This document shows positions 10,301 through 21,488 of a stretch of DNA of 33,958 nucleotides, piece after piece. This DNA is from Tubiluchus corallicola (Eukaryota > Animalia > Priapulida), in assembly GCA_030141605.1 (NCBI GenBank), contig JAQGDQ010001578.1, positions 1 through 33,958 on the forward strand. The letters are read 5' to 3'. A model generated the notes under the pieces. That model was not told the origin of the DNA. It did no database searches and saw only the letters and a program-made list of their open reading frames with translations. Position 1 is the stretch's first letter, and every line of letters begins with the position of its first letter. A program made the position numbers and the translations under genes.

Positions 10301-11283
10301 CTAGTTTTTCTTTTCTGCTGCTGTTGTTGTTGCTGTTGCCGTTGTTGCTGCTGTTGTTGGGTATTCTGGTCAGAAAATAGACTACCAATGTCTTCAAAGA
10401 CGATGATTCTTACGGACCCAATGCGACATTCCAGATGTGGTTTCATCTTCAAAGTGACACAGATTTTGGGATTCTTTTTGTCAATCGGAATTCCTTTGGG
10501 TAGCTCGTTGATGCTGATGCCATGGTTCACCCACTCCTTCCAGTCAACCGTTCGTAAGTTCTTCAACGTACCGCCTTGCCGTCTGCTTACAAAAATGTCT
10601 CCGCAGTCTTCTTTACAGGCGGCGTCCGGCATATAGGGGCACGGTTTTTCTAGGTAGCATTCCGTGTAGTTCCCAGTTTGAACTGGAACATTTTCTGGAG
10701 TTTCGTCCACGGGACGAGTGATAACAGGCGGCTGCTCTGTGGGAGGAGCAACTGAAAGAGTTGATGTGGAAACGAAAACTTCGGAAGTAGTCTCCAGTGG
10801 TTTCTTGGAACTTGGTACTGTACTTGGAGGAGTAGGACCAACTGAAAGAGTTGTTGTGGAAACGAAAACTTCGGAGGTAGTCTCCAGTGGTTTCTTGGAA
10901 CTTGGTACTGTAGTTGGAGGAGTAACAACAGTCGTCTCAGTCACTTTTTTTGGAGGGGTTACGGCTTCGCACATCGTACCTCTTTCTTGGCTCATGTAGA
11001 TGATGTTAGGCTTGGGAATATGACCTTTCATCAAAGGATGGAAGAGGTTTGCGTATACGCAGTCAATCTCCACTGGATTCTGTTGCAGGCAGTTGATTTG
11101 CAACTGATAAATCAAGTGCTTCTCGCAGACAATAAAGTTTGGATTGGGTTGGCGCGTGTAAACCCATACAGCGTAATAACCACAGTTGACAGTACCCTGA
11201 ACTTTGTGAATTGAGAGTGAAATTGCATTTTGAGCAAAATGCACGATATACCACAATAGAAATTCGTAAACTAGCAGCAGCAT
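10301..11283 (-). CDS. Exon 1 of the secreted precursor (signal peptide, Cys domain, Thr/Pro-rich linker, second Cys domain, poly-Q)
   Basis: ATG at 11283 in CAAAATG context (the track's 11310 start is GTG); hydrophobic N-terminus MLLLVYEFLLWYIVHFAQNAIS; 983 coding nt; donor TAG|GTACGC at 10301/10300; 589-bp intron. Confidence 0.88.
10744..10923 (-). repeat. In-frame 90-bp (30-aa) coding duplication
   Basis: TPPTTVPSSKKPLETTSEVFVSTTTLSVGP / TPPSTVPSSKKPLETTSEVFVSTSTLSVAP; ACTGAAAGAG occurs at 10751 and 10841. Confidence 0.95.
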
Positions 11284-11384
11284 TTTGAAGTTTATTCGTG
11301 GCTTTGTCACTGCTTCTGAAATGTTCTTAACTCCTTCATTATTTGTTCAGAATGGAACGTTCTCTTCCAAATAGTAAACAATGC

Positions 11385-11392
11385 TTTATATA
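11385..11392 (-). promoter_or_regulatory. TATA box of the two-exon gene
   Basis: TATATAAA on the minus strand about 100 bp upstream of the ATG, with an Inr-like CCATTC at about 11355-11350. Confidence 0.65.
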
Positions 11393-11479
11393 CCACGCTA
11401 GGTTTCCTTGAAAAGATTCGATTTTGCCATTTTTTTACTCGTTACATTGTTTGTAATTTACGTAAATTTTACGGCACTT

Positions 11480-12925
11480 TCAGGCTAAGACGTTTTCAGT
11501 CGCGACTTTTCTCTGTAATAGCAAACTACCAAGTGTGAACAACTTTGTGACTGTCTCTCGGCAAAAATTTAGAAACTCTCTGGCAGCTGCTGCGAGGCGA
11601 TTTAATTAATGTCTGGTGTGAACGCCTCGACGAGTTACTCTCGACACGTCTGGTGTGAACGCCTCGACGACTTACTCTCGACATGTCTGGTGTGAACGCC
11701 TTGGTGAGTTACTCTCGACATGTCAGGTGTGAACGCCTTGGCGAGTTACTCTCGACATGTCAGGTGTGAACGCCTTGGCGACTTACTCTCGACATGTCTG
11801 GTGTGAACGCCACGGCGAGTTACTCTCGACATGTCTGGTGTGAACGCCTCGACGACTTACTCTCGACATGTCTGGTGTGAACGCCACGGCGAGTTACTCT
11901 CGACATGTCAGGTGTGAACGCCGTGACGAGTTACTCTCGATATGTCTGGTGTGAACGCCTCGACGACTTACTCTCGACATGTCAGGTGTGAACAACTCGG
12001 CGACTTACTCTCGACATGTCTGGTGTGAACGCCTCGACGACTTACTCTCGACATGTCTGGTGTGAACAACCCGACGACTTACTCTCGACATGTCTGGTGT
12101 GAACGCCTCGACGACTTACTCTCGACATATCAGGTGTGAACGCCACGGCGAGTTACTCTCGACATGTCTGGTGTGAACGCCTCGACGACTTACTCTCGAC
12201 ATGTCTGGTGTGAACAACCCGACGACTTACTCTCGACATGTCTGGTGTGAACGCCACGGCGAGTTACTCTCGACATGTCTGGTGTGAACGCCACGGCGAC
12301 TTACTCTCGACACGTCTGGTGTGAACAACCCGACGACTTACTCTCGACATGTCTGGTGTGAACGCCGGCGATTACTCTCGACATGTCTGTGTGGGTTTGT
12401 TGGTGTGAACGCCACGCGACTTACTTGGTCTGGTGTGAACAACCCGACGACTTACTCTCGACATGTCGGTGTGAACGCCCGGCGAGTTACTCTCGACATG
12501 TCTGGTGTGAACGCCGACGACTTACTCTCGACATGTCTGGTGTGAACCCGCGACTTACTCTCGACAGTCGGTGTGAACGCCGGCGAGTTACTCTCGACAT
12601 GTCTGGTGTGAACGCCCGCGACTTACTCTCGACATGTCTGGTGTGAACAACCCGACGACTTACTCTCGACATGTCAGGTGTGAACGCCACGGCGAGTTAC
12701 TCTCGACATGTCTGGTGTGAACGCCTCGACGACTTACTCTCGACATGTCTTGTGTGAACAACCCGACGACTTACTCTCGACATGTCTGGTGTGAACGCCA
12801 TGACGAGTTACTCTCGACATATCTGGTGTGAACGCCTCCGTGAGTTACTCTCGACATGTCAGGTGTGAACGCCTTGGCGAGTTACTCTCGACACTTCTCG
12901 CAGTTAATAAAGACTGTGAGCAAGA
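11480..12925. mobile_element. Second, inverted copy of the MITE-like element, with an internally amplified 37-bp unit
   Basis: CAAGTGTGAACAACTTTG at about 11530 is the reverse complement of CAAAGTTGTTCACACTTG at about 8765. The array unit corresponds to the single unit GGAGAGTAACTCACCGATGCATTCACATCAGACA at about 8673-8706. Confidence 0.7.
11610..12893. repeat. Minisatellite, 37-bp unit x about 35
   Basis: Unit is TGTCTGGTGTGAAC[variable about 7 nt]CGA(C/G)TTACTCTCGACA; GTCTGG occurs at 11611, 11648 and 11685. Confidence 0.98.
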
Positions 12926-14054
12926 GTTAGGTTACTGTTATTGTTTTAGGATATCCTGACGAGTTTGCAGAATAATTTATTAAGTGCAGCTAAGACGAAA
13001 GACTCAAGAAAAACTGAAGTCACAGAAACAGCTTCAGGGGGAGAGCGAGTACCAAGATAATCCTTGCACACAATTAATAAGCCTGTTAAGTTCTGTAAAG
13101 TCGCTGGTTTTTATGTTGAATCGTGGCTGGCACCGTTAACTGCCCGAAAATGAAAACAAAAGAGAATAAATTTTGCAATCTCATTGGTGATATATTAAAA
13201 TAAAACAATTCTTCAAAGCGTAACAAAGAGGTAAAGTTTGGTGAAAAATAATCACAGTTGCTAGAAAAGGGGGTGCATTTCACAAAGATTTCAAACAAGT
13301 ACTTTTTACACGGGCAGAAACAATCACTGAAAAAGAAGCATTATTTATCCAATATGTCACAAAATATCAAACACATGATATGATTGACTGACAAAAGTGT
13401 AAATAAGAAACAGTTCAAATCTATGCCAAAAAGATGCTATAGCCACGAACCATAAAACCTTTCACCTCAAAGATGCATTATCACAATCACAGAATCAAAT
13501 ACCATTAATATTAACAAATCACGAGCAATTATATTATGCAACTGTACTAAAGCGCACAGGTAACAATCAGCCTGGCTCACCTACATGTGTAAATGTTCAA
13601 GGTAGACCTCTCTTACACGGCTTACATACAGAAAACTAAAACACTATTAATTATTATTATTATAATTCTTTATTTTGAGTATATAAAAACATACATATAT
13701 TTGTTTTTATATAAGAAGAAACACGAAGATTTCTTTTTTACACGATTCTTCTGGTACAAATGTTTGTTGCAGAACTCTGAGAAAGATTATTGTGCTGCTA
13801 ATATTGTCCGCGGATGATTGACTGAGTTCCTGAGCACATTGCCATAATGGCAGCGTCTTGACATGGCTAACTGATTAGAATGAGAGTAATTGCTTATTGA
13901 ATGAACGACTGCCGAGAGCATAACTACTAGAGTGTAACAATCTGGCTTCAGTGCATCCTGGACTAAACCTTGTATAGCAAGACTTGATGCAGGCTGCTTC
14001 CCATGCTTAAGTGCTTATCTTAATCCATACCGTATCAGCTAGTCACATGACTGA

Positions 14055-14142
<88 letters not shown>

Positions 14143-14146
14143 TGAG

Positions 14147-14201
<55 letters not shown>

Positions 14202-14453
14202 CGGCGAGCGAGAGAGAGAGAGAAAGACAGAGATAGAGTGAGTGAGAGTTAAAGTGAGAAAGAGAGAAAGAGAGAAAGAGAGAGACAGAGAAAAGAGAGA
14301 GAGAGAGAGAGATAAAGATAGATAGAGAGACAGAGAGAGAGAGAGACAGACAGAGAGAAAGAAAGAGAGAGAGAGAGAGACAGAGAAAGAGAGAAAGAGA
14401 GAGAGAAAGAGAAAAAGAGAGAAAGAGAGAAAGAGCTGGAGAGAGAGATAGAA

Positions 14454-14496
<43 letters not shown>

Positions 14497-14508
14497 TAGA
14501 GAGACAGA
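14055..14508. repeat. (CT)n(AT)n(AG)n followed by an imperfect (GA)n tract
   Basis: Directly visible. Confidence 0.97.
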
Positions 14509-15039
14509 ATTCAAAGGGATTAATACTTCAAAGTGTAGTATTAATCTTTCTTCATCATAAGAAGCCATTTACGTTTACAATGCACGTCTCTTCTCCTGGC
14601 TTCTCTTTCATTACACGTACAAAATACTTTTATAATTCCGTATTATTCGAATTCGTTGTTCACAATACGTCTCTGCTCTGCGTTTCATTACAATCTTCTC
14701 ACTCGCATTTCCAAGTTAATCAAATCTTTTTCATTATTGTGGCCACGTCTGAAACGCGAAATGAAGTTATTAAACAAGTTCCGAGATTATTAGGCGCATA
14801 AATAGTATATTAACATAGCAGCAAGATATCAACTCCACGTGCGAAATCTCACGCCTTGGTTGTATAAATGAAGACATTATGTAAAACAGATTGTTAAGGA
14901 CAGCTGGAATTCATAACTCTTATTTGCGTTTAAAGCAAGTTTAATATAACGACGCTTGGCTGTTTCGTTGTGTAATAATAGTTCGCTTTTATATTGGATA
15001 ATAAATTTTCAATATTTTGTTTAATGTTTTGTGTGTGAA

Positions 15040-15487
<448 letters not shown>

Positions 15488-15489
15488 AC

Positions 15490-15815
15490 TATTGTGGAAT
15501 ATTCTTCCTAAAAGAGAGAAATTATCCTTCTCATATTCGGGTGCACGTCGTATAAGGGCAAAAGCATTTATAGCATTATTATCTCGGCTAGAGAAAACAT
15601 AGTCCGAATCTAACGTAGGCAGATTGCTAATAAAATCATTTATTTTGGTTTGGTTTACTAATGTACATTCGAATAATAAATTATGTACACGCTGGGGACT
15701 TAATAAGCTGTTGCATGTGCTATTAGAAGCCTGCCCAATTTTGTACAAAAATTTCTTAAAATTTCCCTGCTTAAGTAATAAACTGAAAGCTAAAACTTCT
15801 AATATTCTCTTCCCC
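15490..15815 (-). mobile_element. LINE 3' end with a degenerate C-terminal CCHC zinc-knuckle region (I/Ingi/Nimb/R1-like)
   Basis: LLKQGNFKKFLYKIGQASNSTCNSLLSPQRVHNLLFEC resembles GHG.F..YL..IG...SP.C..C....TV.H.L..C. It runs into the (TC)n tract. Confidence 0.6.
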
Positions 15816-15829
15816 CTAAGGAAGACAGG

Positions 15830-16404
15830 ATGTTTTTCATATGCTACCCCATTTTCAAGTCTGATAAAAAGTATACATTTTAACACAGTTAATGCCGTAA
15901 AAGCGTTTGTGATAAATAAATAATAGATTAAAAACTTAATTAGAGGTAGGTGAGCTCAACTATTGATTACATCACAAACTAACACAATTTTCAACAGCAA
16001 ACGCGAACGCGAAATTGTGTTTGTGTGGTAATAACTCTTTCACGTAAGTCATTTTTGAAAAAATAGTACGTTTCATTTCGATATTTTAAAGAGTAGATTG
16101 TTTTGACCTACAGTTTAAGATTGGGTCTGCTTTTGCTTTAAACTGAAGCTCAGTGCTACTCTATAAAATATTGTAGTCAGCAATTACATGTGTTTCGGCG
16201 TTCGCAGTTAGATGGGCACTAGCGCCTGCATTTCGTAAACGCTTTACAAAAAAGACAGCTGCTGTGCCACTCAAATCAGATGTTCAGTTGTGACGTAGTG
16301 CAGACGATCAACGCCAGTACGATATACGCACAGATTGCTGTAAAGTGATATGAATTTTCAAGGTGATTTTTCTGAAACCTACTTCAGGTACCCCTTTCGT
16401 TGTC
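15830..16404 (-). mobile_element. Internally deleted copy of the foldback-element core
   Basis: About 16004-16404 is the reverse complement of about 996-1399, and about 15830-16000 of about 1698-1870; about 1400-1697 is missing. Confidence 0.88.
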
Positions 16405-16409
16405 CTTTA

Positions 16410-16790
16410 ACTTTACGACGTTGCATTAATCCTTCCGAAGTGGCGCTCCTGAGGGCAATATGGCCGCCACCTGATGCAGCTACTCTCAAGATACGTTGCA
16501 TAAATATTGATGCACTCGTAAATTATTGAGAACATTTTGACGACGTCTTGATACGAAACCGTCTTTCATATTGGTCCCTGAGGTGACTGAGGTTTGCAGA
16601 GGTGTCCACGCACCATGTACATTTATGTCGTATTTTCCCACATGGTTGACGTATTGACTTTAGCTTCTTAGTACATGGTTGTCTTGATGGTCACTCTCAT
16701 GGGTTTCTCTTTTGTAAGTGGTGTCTTTTCGGAGAAGCCATAAAAGATGTAATAGAAGCAGTCGTAACACGTACTGAATGAGTGCCAACC
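16410..16790 (-). mobile_element. Highly degenerate RTE-like LINE 3' fragment
   Basis: Stop-containing translation GHLCKPQSPQGP..VSYQDVVK..CINIYATYLE..RWR..RHF resembles RTE G.L..G.R..G.P..RYKD..K...WE...WR...FE. Confidence 0.35.
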
Positions 16791-16805
16791 ACAGATATGG
16801 AGTTG

Positions 16806-17717
16806 GACGTAGACGTAGACGTAGACGTAGACGTAGATGTAGACGTAGACGTAGACGTAGAGGCAGACGTAGACATAGACGTAGACGTAGACGTAGATGT
16901 AGACGTAGATATAGATGTAGACGTAGACGTAGATATAGACGTAGAGGCAGACGTAGACGTAGATGTAGACGTAGACGTAGACGTAGACGTAGACGTAGAC
17001 GTAGACGTAGATGTAGACGTAGATGTAGATGTAGATGTAGACGTAGACGTAGACGTAGACGTAGACGTAGACGTAGACGTAGACGTAGATATAGACGTAG
17101 ACGTATACTTAGACGTAGACGTAGACGTAGAGGCAGACGTAGACGTAGATGTAGACGTAGACGTATACTTAGACGTAGATGTAGACGTAGACGTAGATGT
17201 AGCTGTAGACGTAGACGTAGACGTAGATGTAGACGTAGATATTACGTAGAGGCAGACTTAGACGTAGATGTAGACGTAGACGTACGTTGACGTAGACGTA
17301 GACGTAGACGTAGACGTAGACGTAGACGTAGACGTAGATGTAGACGTAGATGTAGACGTAGACGTAGATGTAGACGTAGATATAGACGTAGACGTAGATG
17401 TAGATGTAGACGTAGACGTAGACGTAGACGTAGATGTAGACGTAGATATTACGTAGAGGCAGACGTAGACGTAGATGTAGACGTAGACGTATACTTAGAC
17501 GTAGACGTAGACGTAGATGTAGATGTAGACGTAGACGTAGACATAGACGTAGACGTAGACGTTGACGTAGACGTAGACGTAGACGTAGACGTAGACGTAG
17601 ATGTAGACGTAGACGTAGATGTAGACGTAGATATAGACGTAGACGTAGATGTAGATGTAGACGTAGACGTAGACGTAGACGTAGAGGAAGACATAGGCAT
17701 AGATATGGACATGGACA
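16806..17717. repeat. (GACGTA)n hexanucleotide satellite, about 900 bp
   Basis: Directly visible; variants GATGTA, GACATA and GATATA. Confidence 0.98.
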
Positions 17718-17804
17718 TTTTTTATTTATCTAACCAAGAAAAAGATGAAAGCATATTTTACTAATACATGTTAAGAAGACAAACAGACAAGAAAATAAGA
17801 CAGA

Positions 17805-18095
17805 CAGTAAGTCAGTCAGTCAGTGAATTAGTCAGTCAGTCAGTCAGTCAGTCAGTCAGTCAGTCAGTCAGTCAGTCAGTCAGTCAGTCAGTCAGTCAGT
17901 CAGTCAGTCAGTCAGTCAGTCAGTCAGTCAGTGAATTAGTCTGTCAGTCCGTCGGTCAGTCTGACAGTCTGGCTGCCTGTCTCTCAGCCGGTTAGTCAGT
18001 CAGGCAGGTAGTCAATCAGTCAGTCAGTCAGTAAGTAAGTAAGTAAGTAAGGAAGGAAGGAAGGAAGGAAGGAAGGAAGGAAAAAAAGGAAGGAA
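17805..18095. repeat. Compound tetranucleotide tract (CAGT)n-(AAGT)n-(AAGG)n
   Basis: Directly visible. Confidence 0.95.
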
Positions 18096-18105
18096 ATAAG
18101 TTTGG

Positions 18106-18383
18106 TAAACAGGCAAGCAACCAAACAAACAAGGAAGCAAGTAAGTATTAAAGCAAATAAATAAATAGGTTTCAAACATCAACAGTTTTTTCTACTTGTT
18201 TTGATTTTCAGCGTCTTACAAATCCAGCCTTTTTTCTTAGGGGTTTTATCTATGTAACTCTTTGGAAGAAAATGCGTTCCTTGTAAACAACAATTTTTAA
18301 ACAGGCAAGCAACCAAACAAACAAGCAAGCAAGTAAGTTATTAAGTAAATAAATAGATACGTTTAGATATCAAACATCAAAGG
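18106..18383. repeat. Direct duplication of about 80 bp (about 18106-18185 and 18298-18383)
   Basis: TAAACAGGCAAGCAACCAAACAAACAAG occurs twice, 192 bp apart. Confidence 0.85.
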
Positions 18384-19139
18384 TTGTACTTGCTTTTCGT
18401 ATTTTTACCCTGTATTTTTCAATACTTTAAGAAGATTGTTTTAATCCAATCACTTGGCTAAATAGTTATAATCATTCTACTTTTCTGCACCTGTGTTGTT
18501 AGTTTCAATAGAGTAACCTCACTGTAGTTTTACCTGTTTTTGTGTAAACTTTTACAAACGGCCTTCTTTGAAGTGTTTGCAGCTTTTTAAAGACACTCGC
18601 AAAAACCCAGCATATCGACTATAGTAAGAATAGAGTTTGGGGTAAATCCTACCTCGTTTAGAATTAATAAACTTCGAGGTTGCGCATTTGTCGCAATTAC
18701 CCGTCTTGTTATCAAGTTGTTCCGTTCTTAGCGCAAAAGTTTCTTGAAATGTTATGCCGTTCGTCAGTTGCAAAAATTGCAGCGGTTTACAGTAAATAAA
18801 CGCCGAGGTTGCGCTTCCGTCGCAACTGCCCGTAGTTTCAGCTTCATATAAGATTGTTCCGGCATACGTTTCCTGAGACTTTGCATCATCCCTCAATTGC
18901 AGAAATGTCAGTAGCAACTACGTTTCAATTTCCGAGACCGTTTAGCTCGCAATAAATTTACAAATTGAAAGAATTGAAAATAATGTCTATGTTTTATTTT
19001 ATTATCCAATTTTGTTGAATTTCGGTTTTTCGCTGCATAAATAACCTCATTTGTTGTAAAACTTTTCTATCTGTGATTTTTCTTAGAAATTCCCGATGTC
19101 TATTAGTTACAAGATTCGCAAGTTTTATGCGCCATTATT

Positions 19140-19226
19140 GTCATCATCATCATCATCGTCGTTGTCGTCGTCGTCGTTGTTATCGTCGCTGTCATCGTCG
19201 TCGTCGTCATCATCATCATCATCATT

Positions 19227-19276
<50 letters not shown>

Positions 19277-19277
19277 T

Positions 19278-19317
<40 letters not shown>

Positions 19318-19460
19318 CCATCATCATCGTCCTCGTCGTCGTCGTCATCATCGTCATCGCTATCGTCATTATCATCATCGTACTCATCGTTGTCGCCGTC
19401 GCCATCATCATCTTCGTCATCGTCATCATCATCAACAACATCATGATCATCACGATCACT
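19140..19460. repeat. (CAT)n/(CGT)n trinucleotide microsatellite
   Basis: Directly visible; explains the poly-H/S/D/M ORFs. Confidence 0.97.
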
Positions 19461-19850
19461 ATCAACAGCACAGCAATTGCAGCCTACAGCGGCAGCGACA
19501 GCGACACTGAGGATGACAACAACAACGTTAGCAATGAGAGCAATTGCAGCAAAAACAAAGCCAAAATTTAATGACAATAACAGCTACAATGTTAGAACAA
19601 CATTGGCGCCAGCGATTCCCCTAGTGACGGCTGCGGCAAAGACGATTCTAGCAACAACAGCAACAACAGTAACAACAACAACATTAATTGATGATGATGA
19701 TGATGATGAGTCATTATTAGCCTCTTTTGGGGGGCAAAAATTTCTGTACAAAGCTTTAACCAATTTTACACGGACAGAGTGAAATCTACAATATTACATG
19801 TTACACGTAATTAGATTTTTTTGTGCGCATGACATTATTTGATAATGTTG

Positions 19851-20355
19851 TGCAAAAGCATTTTTGATAATTAAATAATAGATAAAAAACTTAATTAACG
19901 ACGGGCGAGCACAACAATTGCTGACATCACAAACTAACATAATTTTCAACAGCAAAAATTTTCTACGAGCGTGTTTTTCAAAGCAAAAATTAAAGTACAG
20001 TGCTGCTGTAAGATATTCAGTGTGTTGTAAGGCAAGTTTTAGGATAAAAATTCGAATTTCAAATTTACCGCTTGAGCTGTCAAACTTGTCGAGTTCGTCA
20101 GAAACTAACACATGTGAACTGAGAGGTACAGCCCCCGTTTTTTGTGTAATGCGTTTCCGAAATGCAGGCGCTATTGTCCGTCTAACTAGTGAATGGCTAA
20201 ATGCATGTAACAACGAAGAACTAGTGGCGCGAACGTGAAATTGTGTTTGTGTGGTAATAATTCTTTCACGTAAGTCATTTTTGAAAAAATAGTATGTTTC
20301 CTTTCAATATTTTAAGGGGTAGATTGTTTTTACTTACAGTTTAAGATTGAGTCCG
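19851..20355 (-). mobile_element. Dispersed copy of the foldback-element core
   Basis: Reverse complement of about 1272-1798 (e.g. CAACGAAGAACTAGTGGCGCGAACGTGAAATTGTGTTTGTGTGG). Confidence 0.88.
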
Positions 20356-20568
20356 GCTTGAAAAATACGTTTGAAAACCTACAAAAGTTCTCTTTAAAAA
20401 AATCTCCTACACTCCACCTAAAAATAAACAAACTTAAACTGATAATTATGTTTAGATATACAGTAAAACTACAGCTATGTGTTTGAAAACAAAATTAATT
20501 GAATTGAACAGATTTTCCCTTTAAGTGACGTCTTGTCAGGGTTAATTAGGACAAATTAGGACAAATAG

Positions 20569-20992
20569 CCACTATGGAACGAACTCTGTAATCAAACAAG
20601 CAATTTTACTTTGGAATTCTCTACCATTACAGGTTAAACAAATCAAGTCCCTATCAGCATTTAAAACAAAATTAAAATCACTAATATTAACCAGATATGA
20701 AATACCATCACACCAGTACGACAACATACACACTAATTCAGAATTCATATATCCACGGCCATATTAATTAACTCATAGTTTTCCATTTTTTGTGCATAGT
20801 TGTAAATACGTTTGATTTTATTCGTCGTTACTTTCCATTACTGCACAGTAGTTTAGATTGCACTGACGCATTTGCCTTTAGCAGTGTAAGTTTTTGTTAA
20901 CTAACACTGATTGATCATCTCTGTAAAGTTTATATTAGTGATTATCAATGTATTTTAATGGCAAATAAAGATTATATATATATATATATATA
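20569..20992 (+). mobile_element. 5'-truncated CR1/L2-group LINE (ORF2 end, 3' UTR, (TA)n tail)
   Basis: HYGTNSVIKQAILLWNSLPLQVKQIKSLSAFKTKLKSLILTRY; a T-rich UTR with an imperfect stem-loop at about 20846-20910; AATAAA then (TA)n. Confidence 0.82.
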
Positions 20993-21488
20993 TCATGGAA
21001 AATTTTCTTTTATTAACAGATCCCAGTTAAGAAGTCCTACTCAAACTAGCACTCGTGACATTATAATTATAACCATGTTATGATTGCATTAAATTACATG
21101 TCTAAACACGCTTTTTCTCAACTGCCATAGTTTCATTCAGACTTCAGTTATAATGTAATTCCCTAGATTCACATCTTTAAACATAGAAACTAAAGATCGC
21201 AGATGATCATGACAGATATAAATCATCAACGCAAAACTGAAAGGTGTTACAAGATGACTAATACCTGTCCAGCTGTCACACTAAAATGATATCACAAGAA
21301 CCGGGAACAGAATTCATTAAGCACTGTTCACACCTGAATCAGTTCTGCACAAATAAATAACTGTAACTGGTACAACTGAACATTCTCATGGTTATTGCAC
21401 ACCAAACTGTCATTCATTTACGATGCATTATGTAAACGTTCAATGAGAACATAACTAGAACATGATTTGCGCTTCTGGCCACAAGGCT

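Noticed and set aside
10388-11254. Short ORFs overlapping exon 1 in other frames or on the other strand
   Set aside because: Shadow ORFs of the real coding exon.
11610-12893. CRISPR-like appearance of the 37-bp array
   Set aside because: The variable part is only about 7-9 nt and the same few variants recur. There are no cas genes, the context is eukaryotic, and the unit derives from a MITE segment.
16778-17718. Protamine-like poly-Arg, poly-DV and poly-ST ORFs
   Set aside because: All are frames of the (GACGTA)n satellite.
19073-19782. Acidic Asp-rich or His-rich ORFs, including 19125-19577 minus with a hydrophobic N-terminus resembling a biomineral protein
   Set aside because: Overlapping frames on both strands are open because of the trinucleotide repeats, the 19577 start is TTG rather than ATG, and no promoter or splice support was seen. 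RNA-seq coverage would reopen the question.
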